This document shows positions 9,069 to 20,170 of a stretch of 64,000 bases of DNA, piece by piece. Location: positions 7,943 to 71,942 of the forward strand of contig DASVPS010000281.1 in NCBI GenBank assembly GCA_036389555.1, written 5' to 3'. The first letter of the stretch is position 1; every line of letters begins with the position of its first letter. Source of the DNA: Pyrinomonadaceae bacterium (lineage in GTDB: Bacteria; Acidobacteriota; Blastocatellia; Pyrinomonadales; Pyrinomonadaceae). Below the pieces are notes generated by a model. The model ran no database searches. It was not told the DNA's origin and saw nothing but the letters and a program-made list of their open reading frames with translations. Made by a program: the position numbers and the translations under genes.

Positions 9069-9488
9069 GTGCAGGTGGCGGAAAGGAACAAGGCGTTGAA
9101 ACCGAAACTTCTCATCGTTGACGACGAGACCGCCATCAGACAGCAACTCTACTGGACGCTCTGCGACGAGTACGACGTGACGACGGCGAGCGACTTTCCC
9201 TCGGCCATGCGCCACGCGACGCACTTCGAGCCGGTCATCTCGATCCTCGATTTGCACATGCCTCCGGTGCTTGATTCGCCCGAAGTCGGCCTGCGCATCC
9301 TGGACTATCTCAAGGAGCAGTGCCCGTCCACGAAGGTTTATATCGTCAGTTCCGATGAGAGCATCGAGACGAAGAAAGCCTGTTTCCGGCAGGGCGCGGA
9401 CGGTTTCCTCTCGAAGCCGTTAGATGTCGAACAGTTGCTCACGACCGTGCGCCATTCGACGCTCGCCGCGCGACTCGAAGCGGCCTGA
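9069..9488 (+). CDS. Stand-alone response-regulator receiver domain protein
   Basis: LLIVDDE, ILDLHMPP and SKPLD receiver motifs with no output domain. The ORF opens at GTG 9069; TTG 9096 (MKPKLLIVDD, preceded by AAGGA) is an equally plausible start. Confidence 0.8.
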   Translation: MQVAERNKALKPKLLIVDDETAIRQQLYWTLCDEYDVTTASDFPSAMRHATHFEPVISILDLHMPPVLDSPEVGLRILDYLKEQCPSTKVYIVSSDESIETKKACFRQGADGFLSKPLDVEQLLTTVRHSTLAARLEAA

Positions 9489-9530
9489 AAATTTTGAAAC
9501 GAAACGGGCTTTAATCTCATACATGGTTAG

Positions 9531-9749
9531 GTGGTGAGTTTTTTGAAAGCGTTATCGAACAATCTTGAAGAGAGACACGACGGTGAACTGACTCCCGCCG
9601 AAATACGCGGGGTGCTGCTTCAACTGGCGCGCAAGAAGATTTCCGAGCACGTCGCGCGCCCGGCCATCGACGCCCTCAACAAGATCATGTGCGACGCCGT
9701 AGCAGCCTCACACTTGCTACGCGCGGCGCAAGGCAAACACGGTCGCTGA
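9531..9749 (+). CDS. Hypothetical small protein (72 aa)
   Basis: Open frame with a GTG start downstream of the receiver gene. The composition is helical and protein-like, but no motif is recognised. Confidence 0.3.
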   Translation: MVSFLKALSNNLEERHDGELTPAEIRGVLLQLARKKISEHVARPAIDALNKIMCDAVAASHLLRAAQGKHGR

Positions 9750-9919
9750 TTGAACACTGTCCTCACGGTCGCTGGCGCGGCGGATTGACTTTCCCCCATC
9801 GCCGCCGCGCCGCAGCGAGTAGCTCTTTGAGAGATTTTACAAGTTCGGCTCTCGTCCCCTTCACGAGAGACCGTTGCGCTCCGCGCATTTACGGTATCCC
9901 TTCTGCCGCCGCCCGGAGC

Positions 9920-9978
9920 CGAAGCCCCCGCTTCCAAATTTGACTCATTCCCAGAGTCGCGGGGGCTTCATCTTTTTT
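9920..9978 (+). terminator. Putative intrinsic terminator (11-bp GC stem, long loop, U-tract)
   Basis: GAAGCCCCCGC (9920-9930) pairs with GCGGGGGCTTC (9958-9968) and is followed by ATCTTTTTTT. The 27-nt loop is long for a canonical terminator. Confidence 0.45.
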
Positions 9979-9980
9979 TG

Positions 9981-10065
9981 GAGAGGTCAGAGGTCAGAGG
10001 TTAGAGGTCAGTAAGAACAGCTTTTGTTTTTACTGACCTCTAACCTCTGACCTCTGACCTCTCTC
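9981..10065. repeat. Heptamer-word hairpin, GAGGTCA family (perfect 34-bp arms)
   Basis: GAGAGGTCAGAGGTCAGAGGTTAGAGGTCAGTAA ... TTACTGACCTCTAACCTCTGACCTCTGACCTCTC. The right arm is the exact reverse complement of the left. Confidence 0.9.
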
Positions 10066-10075
10066 GTTGTATAAT
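10047..10075 (+). promoter_or_regulatory. Possible sigma-70-type promoter (cTGACc-17-TATAAT)
   Basis: TATAAT at 10070-10075 is preceded by TG, and a TGAC-containing hexamer contributed by the hairpin arm sits 17 nt upstream. It lies ~75 nt upstream of ATG 10151. This is pattern match only. Confidence 0.3.
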
Positions 10076-10150
10076 AGTCACATGACAGCGCGCAGTGTCG
10101 GTCGCCCCGTGTGGGTGGGGACGCCCGCCCGCCCGTGCGCCGTGATTATT

Positions 10151-11554
10151 ATGAAATTTCTACATCTTGCGGACATACATCTCGGCTGCCGGCGCTACAA
10201 CGTGGAGGAGCGCACGACCGACTTCTTCCGCGCGTGGAGCGACGTGATCCAGCAGCACGCGCTGCCGAACGCCGTAGACTTCGTGCTTATCTGCGGCGAC
10301 TTCTTCAACTCGCGCAAAGTTGACCCGCAGGCGATGAACCACGCCATGATCGGCCTGAACATGTTGAAGGAGGCCGGCATCCCCGTCGTCGCCATCGAAG
10401 GCAATCACGACCAGCACGAGTCGGACGCCGTCAATCGTTTCAGTTGGATGCGCTCGCTTTCGCAGTGGGGCTATCTCATCCTGCTTGAGCCGGACACGCG
10501 CGACGGCTTTAATCTCGTCCCCTGGAACGAAGAGGAACGCAGCGGGTCCTACATAGACATCGCGGGCGCGCGCATCTTCGGCACACACTGGTTCGGCACT
10601 TCCACGAACGCCGCCGTCCCGCTCGTCGTGGACGCGCTCAGGCGCGCGCGCGGCGAAGGGTTGTTCAACATCCTGATGCTGCACACGGATGTGGAAGGCC
10701 AACTCAACCGCCCGAACATCCCCGCTCTCTCTATCTCGCGCATGAAGGAACTGCGCACGCTCGTCGATTACGTCGCGCTCGGCCACACGCATAAGCGTTT
10801 CGAGATCGAGGACTGGGCGTTCAACCCCGGCTCGCTCGAAGCCTGCACGATTGACGAATTCAAAGAGGAACGCGGCCTCTATCTCGTCGAAGTTGACGAA
10901 CAGAAGCGCATCACCGCCAACCACTCGCGCGATTACACCCAGCGCCCCTTTCAACGTCTCAACTTCGACGTGTCCGGCGCGCCCGACGCAGAGGTCGTAC
11001 ACGCGGGCGTCCTGGAAGTGATCCGCCTCGAAGCACGCGCGCACGAGCCGGAGCGCGACACATGCCCTGCGCCCATTATCGAGATCAACCTGCGCGGCCA
11101 CCTCGGTTTCAAAAACTCTCTGCTCGACATTCCGCGCATGCGCGAAGAGGCGCGCGCTTTGACCGGCGCGCTCCACATCATGATCAGCAACCGCAGCGTA
11201 CCCGTCGAATACGCAGTGGCCGCCGGTCTCGATTCGGACGCTTCGCGCCAAGTGCGCGAACGCCGCATCATCGAAGACCTCATCACGCGCGACATACGCT
11301 TTCGCGCACGCGCCCACGACATGGCCGCGCTCACGCTCGAAGCCAAACGCCTCGCGCTCGGCGACGAGTCGCCAGACAAAATCCTGAGTCTCATCGAACA
11401 ACAACTCGAACTCGCCGCCGAACACTCGAACGGCGCACCTTCAAACGGGGCGACGGCCGACGCCGCGCCCGCCGCGCCGAGTGCGGCCGACGAAGGGGAA
11501 CTCGTCGCCTCGGCCAGCGCGCTGCAAGCCATCGAACGAAACGCAGCAACGTAG
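10151..11554 (+). CDS. Calcineurin-like metallophosphoesterase, SbcD/Mre11-type DNA repair exonuclease family
   Basis: Ordered motifs MKFLHLADIHLG, GDFFNS, IEGNHD, LHTD and GHTH. There is no SbcC/Rad50-like partner adjacent. The start is set at ATG 10151 rather than the ORF opening at 10067. Confidence 0.75.
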   Translation: MKFLHLADIHLGCRRYNVEERTTDFFRAWSDVIQQHALPNAVDFVLICGDFFNSRKVDPQAMNHAMIGLNMLKEAGIPVVAIEGNHDQHESDAVNRFSWMRSLSQWGYLILLEPDTRDGFNLVPWNEEERSGSYIDIAGARIFGTHWFGTSTNAAVPLVVDALRRARGEGLFNILMLHTDVEGQLNRPNIPALSISRMKELRTLVDYVALGHTHKRFEIEDWAFNPGSLEACTIDEFKEERGLYLVEVDEQKRITANHSRDYTQRPFQRLNFDVSGAPDAEVVHAGVLEVIRLEARAHEPERDTCPAPIIEINLRGHLGFKNSLLDIPRMREEARALTGALHIMISNRSVPVEYAVAAGLDSDASRQVRERRIIEDLITRDIRFRARAHDMAALTLEAKRLALGDESPDKILSLIEQQLELAAEHSNGAPSNGATADAAPAAPSAADEGELVASASALQAIERNAAT

Positions 11555-11640
11555 TAGAGGTCAGAGGCCGGAGGTCAGAGATCAGTCGAACTACAAAAAC
11601 TGATTTTTACTCACCTCTCACCTCTTACCTCTAGCCTCTA
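11555..11640. repeat. Degenerate GAGGTCA-family heptamer hairpin
   Basis: TAGAGGTCAGAGGCCGGAGGTCAGAGATCAGT ... ACTCACCTCTCACCTCTTACCTCTAGCCTCTA. The 7-nt GAGG-NNN periodicity is conserved in both arms but base pairing is only partial. Confidence 0.65.
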
Positions 11641-11644
11641 TCCC

Positions 11645-12349
11645 ATGTCTGATTCTTCCGAGAGAGTGCGCGGCGTGAGCGAGTTGCCGCTGTTCCCGCT
11701 GCCGCTGGTGCTGTTTCCGGGCGTGCCTTTGCCGCTCCACATCTTCGAGGAGCGTTACCGCCGGATGCTCGCCGACGTGCGCGCGGGGAATAATTTGTTC
11801 GGACTCTCTTACTTCGACCTGAACACGGCGACCAACACGCGCCCGCCCGTCGGCCACGTCGGCTGCGCGGCCGAAGTCGTCGAGGCGCAACTGCTGCCCG
11901 ACGGGCGTTCCAACATTTTGACCGTCGGCCTCGTCCGCTACCGTGTCATCGAATACGTCGAAATGGGCGAGCCTTACCTCGTCGGCCGCGTCGAGTTTTT
12001 TGAAGACGAGCGCGAAGACGAAGAGTTGCTCGCGGCGCGCGCTCGTCAGGTCGCGGAAATCTTCACGCGCATCGCACGCGCCGTGCGCGTCCTGAACGAC
12101 GACCGCGCCAGCCTCCCAGATTTGCCCGACGCGGAACCCGAACGGCTCTCTTTCCTCGTCGCCGCCGCGATGGAACTTGACCCGGAGGCCAAGCAGTCTC
12201 TGCTCGAACTGCGCTCCAGCGCCGAGCGGCTCGAACGCATCTCGAATCTGCTCTCGAAAGTTGTGGGCAACTACGAAGAGCGCGCGCGCACGCATAAACT
12301 CGCCAAAGGCAACGGCCACGGCGGCAAGCACCCCAATCTCGACGAATGA
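11645..12349 (+). CDS. LON N-terminal (substrate-binding) domain protein
   Basis: LPLFPLPLVLFPGVPLPLHIFEERYRRM is the LON N-domain signature. The protein is 234 aa with no AAA+ or protease domain. Confidence 0.75.
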   Translation: MSDSSERVRGVSELPLFPLPLVLFPGVPLPLHIFEERYRRMLADVRAGNNLFGLSYFDLNTATNTRPPVGHVGCAAEVVEAQLLPDGRSNILTVGLVRYRVIEYVEMGEPYLVGRVEFFEDEREDEELLAARARQVAEIFTRIARAVRVLNDDRASLPDLPDAEPERLSFLVAAAMELDPEAKQSLLELRSSAERLERISNLLSKVVGNYEERARTHKLAKGNGHGGKHPNLDE

Positions 12350-13125
12350 CTCACGCGGGCGACGATCTCAAGCAATCCCGTTCGGACGGCGCGCGGCAGA
12401 CGATCCGCGTGCGGCTGCTCTATTTCGGCGCGGCGCGCGAAGCGACCGGGCGCGAAGCGGAGCAACTCGAAGTCGGCGCACCGGCCACGGCCGCGAGCGT
12501 CTTTGAGGAAGTCTTGAACGCGCATCCTTCGCTGCGGCGCTTCGGCCGCTCGCTCCTTGTCGCGGTCAACGAAGAGTATGCGGGGACGGGAGCAGAGGTG
12601 CGCGCGGGCGACGAGGTTGCGATCTTTCCGCCCGTCAGCGGCGGCGCGGGCGCAGAGAACGCCGAAACGCACGAGCGGAGCGCGGCGAAGGCGGAGGATT
12701 TTTTTGAACTCACGACCGACCCGATCAACGTCGGCGCGGTTGCGCGGCGCATCGTGCCCGCGCATTGCGGCGCGACCGTCACGCTCGACGGCTATGCGCG
12801 CCGGTTCACGCGCGGCCGCGGCGAGACGCTTTATCTCGTCTACGAAGCCTATGCGCCGATGGCCTTGAGCGAGATGCGCAGGCTCGGGCAAGGGGCGCAC
12901 GAAAAATTCGAGATCGCACACATCGGCATCGTGCATCGCACGGGGCGTCTGGAAATCGGCGAGACTTCGGTGGTCATCTCCGTGAGTGCGCCGCACCGTC
13001 GCGCGGCGTTTGAAGCCTGCGAGTGGGCGATCCGCGAACTCAAACGCACTGTCCCAATTTGGAAAAAGGAGTTTTTTGCCGGCGGCGAAGTTTGGGTTGA
13101 AGGCGAAGGCGCGCCGCCCGTTTAA
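12346..13125 (+). CDS. moaDE: Fused molybdopterin synthase subunits MoaD-MoaE
   Basis: The N-terminal ~100 aa form a MoaD/ThiS-like fold ending ...AIFPPVSGG, followed by a ~20-aa linker and then MoaE (FELTTDPINV..., HRTGRLEIGETSVVISVSAPHRRAAFEACEWAIRELKRTVPIWKKE). An ATGA overlaps the upstream gene. Confidence 0.85.
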   Translation: MTHAGDDLKQSRSDGARQTIRVRLLYFGAAREATGREAEQLEVGAPATAASVFEEVLNAHPSLRRFGRSLLVAVNEEYAGTGAEVRAGDEVAIFPPVSGGAGAENAETHERSAAKAEDFFELTTDPINVGAVARRIVPAHCGATVTLDGYARRFTRGRGETLYLVYEAYAPMALSEMRRLGQGAHEKFEIAHIGIVHRTGRLEIGETSVVISVSAPHRRAAFEACEWAIRELKRTVPIWKKEFFAGGEVWVEGEGAPPV

Positions 13126-13129
13126 GAAG

Positions 13130-13774
13130 ATGAAAAGTTTAGACAACCTGCTTGCGCGCAACCGCGCGTGGGCGGAAAAAATCAAAGCGGCCGATCCCGA
13201 TTTCTTCAATCATCTCTCGCAGCAACAGACGCCGGAATATCTCTGGATCGGTTGCTCGGATAGTCGCGTGCCCGCGAACGAAATCGTCGGCATGATGCCG
13301 GGTGAGTTGTTCGTTCACCGCAACGTCGCGAACGTCGTGGTGCACACAGACCTCAACTGCCTCTCCGTGATCCAGTACGCCGTGGACGTGCTCAAGGTGA
13401 AGCACATCATCGTGTGCGGCCACTACGGCTGCGGCGGCGTGCGCGCCGCGCTCAACAACGAAAAGCACGGGCTGATCGACAATTGGCTCCGGCACGTGCA
13501 GGACGTGAAGCACCAGCACGAGGCGGCGCTCGCCGCGCTCCCGGATGAAGGCGAGCGCCTTCGCAGGCTCTGCGAGTTGAACGTCATCGAGCAGGTCTTG
13601 AGCGTGAGCCGCACGACCATCGTGCAGAACGCCTGGGAGAGCGGGCAGGAATTGTCCGTCCACGGTTGGATTTATGGCCTCGACGACGGCCTCCTGCGCG
13701 AGTTGGACATCTGCATCACCTGTCAGGACGAACTCGCCGCGAAGTACAAAAGCGCCGTCGCCTCCCCGAACTGA
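13130..13774 (+). CDS. can: Beta-class (type II) carbonic anhydrase
   Basis: Colinear with Can-type enzymes: WIGCSDSRVPANEI, LFVHRNVANVV, HYGCGGV, LCELNVIEQV. Start at ATG 13130 (MKSLDNLL), 4 nt after the moaDE stop. Confidence 0.9.
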   Translation: MKSLDNLLARNRAWAEKIKAADPDFFNHLSQQQTPEYLWIGCSDSRVPANEIVGMMPGELFVHRNVANVVVHTDLNCLSVIQYAVDVLKVKHIIVCGHYGCGGVRAALNNEKHGLIDNWLRHVQDVKHQHEAALAALPDEGERLRRLCELNVIEQVLSVSRTTIVQNAWESGQELSVHGWIYGLDDGLLRELDICITCQDELAAKYKSAVASPN

Positions 13775-13808
13775 CTCGCCGTTCAAGAGGCGCACGCGCC
13801 CGTCAATC

Positions 13809-14757
13809 ATGTCCGAGACGACCGTCAACACCTCCGCCGAGGTAAACGGCGACAGCAGCAGCAGCAGCGGCGGCGGCGGAGCGGCGGCGGGCGAAACCGC
13901 CGCTTTGCCACTGCGCGTAGAGCCTTGCCCGAACTGCGGCGAAGAACTACGCGGGCGCTACTGCTCCAACTGCGGGGAGAAAAGCTTAGAGGGCGTAGAC
14001 TACTCGCTCGGCCGTTTCCTCGGCGAGGCGTTCAACATCCTGACGAACTTCGAGTCAAACGTCTTTCGCAGTTTCAAAGACCTCCTGTTGCACCCCGGCC
14101 GTCTCACCGCCGCCTACTTCCGCGGTCGCCGCAAGTCTTACCTGAAGCCGCTCCAACTGTTTGTCTTCTGCAACATCATCTTCTTTTTCGCGCAGTCATA
14201 CACGGGCTTCAGCAGCCTGACGACGCCGCTCTACGTTCACCTGAACATGCTGCCCTACAGCCAGCAGGCGCGCACGATGGTTGAACGCGAGTTGCAGGAG
14301 CGAAAGATCACTTACGACGAATACCGCCCACGCTTCGACGCGGCCATCGACGGTCAGGCCAAAACGCTCGTGATCGTGTTTGTGCCGCTCTTCGCGCTGT
14401 TGCTGCATGCTCTGTACTGGCGCAAGCGCCGCTACTACGTCGAGCATTCTAGTCTTTTCCACACACTTTTTTGCGTTTTTCCTGCTGCTCCTCCCGGCCG
14501 CGCATATCAGTCTGATCATCTTCTTGCGCAGCCTGTTTGCCATAGGGATCAGGCTGCGCGCGCTCGAACAGGATTTGACCGTGACGAGCTTGTTGCTGTT
14601 CTTATGCGGGGTTTATTTGTGGGTCGCGGCAGGCCGCGTGTACGGGCAGGGAAAGCTGACGACCACCGCCAAATGCCTGGTCATGATCGGCGGCATCATG
14701 GCCGTCGTCCAGCTTTATAGATTCATTCTCTTCTTCACCACCTTTTATACGCTTTGA
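13809..14757 (+). pseudogene. DUF3667 membrane protein with apparent frameshift near 14448
   Basis: The N-terminal zinc ribbon (CPNCGEELRGRYCSNCGE) and DUF3667-like body read in the frame of ATG 13809 up to ...RRYYVEH. The hydrophobic continuation LVFSTHFFAFFLLLLPAAHISLIIFL...FYTL* is in the +1 frame (ORF 14380-14757). Confidence 0.65.
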
Positions 14758-14864
14758 CCCTCCAGGCGCTCCCGGCGCAACTAAAAGCGGAAAATTTTGG
14801 AACTACTGCGGTCGCTCATCGTAATTATGACTGAAAGGTAATTCCGGTCAGCGGTCAGGAAATC

Positions 14865-15503
14865 ATGGTCAGCGCAATCACGAGGGAAGAGGTACGCGAG
14901 GCGATTCTCGACGCGACCGATCAACTGCTGGCGCGCTACGGCTATCGCAAGATGACGATGGACGACATCGCGCAGGAGGTCGGCATCGGCAAGGGGACGA
15001 TCTATCTCCACTTCGCGAGCAAGGAAGAGGTCACGCTGTCGCACGTTGACCGCATCGTCGAGAGACTGAAGGAGCGCCTGTGGGCTATCGCACGCACGGA
15101 TGCCGACGTGGCGATTCGTTTGCGCCTGATGCTGGTGGCGCGCGTGCTCTTTCGCTTCGACAGCGTGCAGCATTACACGCAGAGTTTGAACGACCTGCTG
15201 GCCGCCCTGCGCCCGAAGTTGCTGGCGCGGCGCGCGCGTTATTTTGAAGAGGAGGCGCGCGTCTTCGCCGAGGTACTGAACGAAGGCGGGCGCGCCGGAG
15301 TCTTCAACGCGGGCGACGCCCTCTCGACCGCGTTCACGTTGCTCCACGCCACCAACTCGCTTCTGCCCTACAGCCTGAGCACGACCGAACTCGGCGAGCG
15401 CGACGAGATCAAAGAAAAGACCGAGCACATCGCCGACCTGATCCTGAGCGGCTTACTCCGAAAACCCGACGCGCCCGCCCCGCCGCGGCGACGGCGACGC
15501 TGA
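14865..15503 (+). CDS. TetR/AcrR family transcriptional regulator
   Basis: N-terminal HTH region YRKMTMDDIAQEVGIGKGTIYLHFASKEEV. Confidence 0.85.
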   Translation: MVSAITREEVREAILDATDQLLARYGYRKMTMDDIAQEVGIGKGTIYLHFASKEEVTLSHVDRIVERLKERLWAIARTDADVAIRLRLMLVARVLFRFDSVQHYTQSLNDLLAALRPKLLARRARYFEEEARVFAEVLNEGGRAGVFNAGDALSTAFTLLHATNSLLPYSLSTTELGERDEIKEKTEHIADLILSGLLRKPDAPAPPRRRRR

Positions 15504-15571
15504 ACGAGCCTTGCGCCCATGCCATCCGCACGCCTCTCCCGGCTGCGGCGAGAACGAGCTTTGAACGCGCC

Positions 15572-17080
15572 ATGAGCGCATTCCAAACAAACGAGGATAA
15601 TCAAGAGATGAGAAATTTTTCGGCCATCATACATTCAACCGTCCGCGCCGCACTGTTGTTCGCCTGTCTCTCTGCGGTGGCGCAGGCGCAGTCGGCACAG
15701 CCCGCCGCGCCTGAGGCTCCGGCCACCCGGCGCGTCGCCGAGTTGGTGAAGATCATCAACTCGACGGATGCGGCGGCGACGAAGAAATTTATAGAGGAAA
15801 GCTACGGCGGCGAATTTGCCGGGATGCCGTTGAGCGCGCATCTGGGCTTTCTCGCGCAGGTGCGCGACCGCACGCGCGGCGTAGAGTTTCACAGTATTCA
15901 GGACAGCAAGGCGACGGAAGCGACCGCGCTCCTGCGCACGAAGTTGACGGGCGAGTGGATGGCGATCTTGGTGAGGGTTGAGGCGGACGCGCCCCACCGC
16001 ATCTTGGGCATCGGCTTGCGCCCGCCGAAACCTCCTGCGAGCGAAGGCGGCGCGCGGAAGTTGACCGACGCGGAGCGCGCGCGCGAACTCGAAGCCTACG
16101 TGCAGAAGTTGGCGCAGGCCGATGCGTTCTCCGGCACGGTGCTCTTGGCAAAGGACGGCAAGGTTCTCTTCGAGAAAGCTTACGGCGAGGCGAGCAAGGA
16201 TTTCCACGTCGCGAACCGCGTGGACACGAAGTTCAACCTCGGCTCGATGAACAAGATGTTCACGGCGGTCGCCATCGCCCAACTCGTCGAGCGCGGCAAG
16301 CTCTCGTTCGAAGACCCGCTCGCGAAGTTCCTCCCCGAATTCCCGTCAAAAGAAGCGGCGCAGAAGATCAAGATCAAGCACCTGCTCACGCACACGTCCG
16401 GTTTGGGAAGCTACTTCAATCGCAAGTTCATGGAATCCTCGCGGGCGCGCTTTCGCACCGTGGGCGAGATGATGACGCTCGCGGAGGGCGAGACGCTCGC
16501 CTTCGAGCCGGGCACGAAATGGGCTTACAGCAACACGGGAATGCTCGTGCTCGGAGCGGTCATCGAAAAAGTGACCGGGCAGAGTTATTTCGATTACGTG
16601 CGCGAAAACATCTACAAGCCCGCCGGGATGACCAACACGGACGCTTACGAACTAGACCTCGTGACTCCCAACCTCGCCGTCGGCTACCAGAAGGAGTTCA
16701 ACGAAGACGGCACAGTGCGCTTTCGCAACAACATCTTCCAGCACGTCATCCGCGGCGGCCCGGCGGGCGGCGGCTATTCCACCGTGGGCGATCTGTTGAA
16801 ATTCGACATGGCGCTGCGCGCCAACAAACTCGTCGGCGCGGAGTACGTACGTCAGTTGCTCTCGCCCAAGCCCGAACTCAACTCGCCGGAATACGGCTAC
16901 GGCTTCGGCATTGACACGAAGAACCGCATCGTCGGCCACAGCGGCGGCTTCGCAGGGATCAGTTCAAATCTCGACATGTTCCTCGACAGCGGCTACACCG
17001 CCATCGTCATGTCCAACTACGGCGGCGGCTCGCAATCCGTCAGCCGCAAGCTGCAGGAGTTGATCCTCGGCGCGCAGTAG
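15572..17080 (+). CDS. Secreted serine hydrolase, beta-lactamase / penicillin-binding-protein family
   Basis: Signal-peptide-like N-terminus (...ALLFACLSAVAQAQS), SxxK motif (GSMNK) and YxN motif (WAYSNTG). Start at 15572 or 15608. Confidence 0.8.
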   Translation: MSAFQTNEDNQEMRNFSAIIHSTVRAALLFACLSAVAQAQSAQPAAPEAPATRRVAELVKIINSTDAAATKKFIEESYGGEFAGMPLSAHLGFLAQVRDRTRGVEFHSIQDSKATEATALLRTKLTGEWMAILVRVEADAPHRILGIGLRPPKPPASEGGARKLTDAERARELEAYVQKLAQADAFSGTVLLAKDGKVLFEKAYGEASKDFHVANRVDTKFNLGSMNKMFTAVAIAQLVERGKLSFEDPLAKFLPEFPSKEAAQKIKIKHLLTHTSGLGSYFNRKFMESSRARFRTVGEMMTLAEGETLAFEPGTKWAYSNTGMLVLGAVIEKVTGQSYFDYVRENIYKPAGMTNTDAYELDLVTPNLAVGYQKEFNEDGTVRFRNNIFQHVIRGGPAGGGYSTVGDLLKFDMALRANKLVGAEYVRQLLSPKPELNSPEYGYGFGIDTKNRIVGHSGGFAGISSNLDMFLDSGYTAIVMSNYGGGSQSVSRKLQELILGAQ

Positions 17081-17140
17081 ACGGCCGCGCGCGCATTCAC
17101 AGGTCAGTTCTCTTACAGCCCGAACCGGGCGAAAATAAAA

Positions 17141-17175
17141 ACTCCCGCTCACGACGAGTGAGCGGGAGTTTTTGT
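17141..17175. terminator. Bidirectional intrinsic terminator between convergent genes
   Basis: ACTCCCGCTCAC-gacga-GTGAGCGGGAGT forms a perfect 12-bp stem. It is flanked by AAAATAAAA upstream and TTTTTGTTTG downstream. Confidence 0.85.
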
Positions 17176-17196
17176 TTGTGGCGAGTTATGAACGGC

Positions 17197-19758
<2,562 letters not shown>

Positions 19759-20170
19759 TAACAAACCTTTCGAGTACAATCTGGCGTCCGTCCTGAAGGG
19801 GGACGACTCTACTTGCTTCGCGCCCGGCACTCCACCCGCTAAAACGGTCTTCAAGTTTCCGCGTCGGCAGGGAGAAGCTGATGTCGCGGCGCGCTCACGA
19901 ACGGCGGAAGTCGAGTCCGCTCGGAGAGCCTGCAACGCCGTGTTTGAGAGACCTGAAAATTGATGTCTGACGGTACTTTTCCGGGTCGCTGAAGTACCGG
20001 ATTGAAGTACGACATATTGTAGCCCGAAACGCCCCTTTTCGCAACCACCGGAAGGGCGCAAAAGCCTTGTAAAATCAGGGTTTCGAGCGATTTTTCGGGG
20101 CGCAAAGCGGGGTTTGGCGCGGACACAATATATTGAGGCGCGGGTGGCCTTCCAAACGCACCCTGAAACG

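Noticed and set aside
13674-13808. Upstream extensions of ORFs into neighbouring genes (13674 for the DUF3667 gene, 12986 for the carbonic anhydrase, 21068 for plsC, 32873 for M23, 28380 for HAD)
   Set aside because: In each case an internal ATG gives the conserved family N-terminus and removes a long overlap with the preceding gene.
14758-14864. Possible TetR operator (TTCCGGTCAGCGGTCAGGAA) upstream of the TetR gene
   Set aside because: Only the outer 4 bp are truly palindromic. The inner part is a direct GGTCAG repeat, so the evidence is too weak to annotate.
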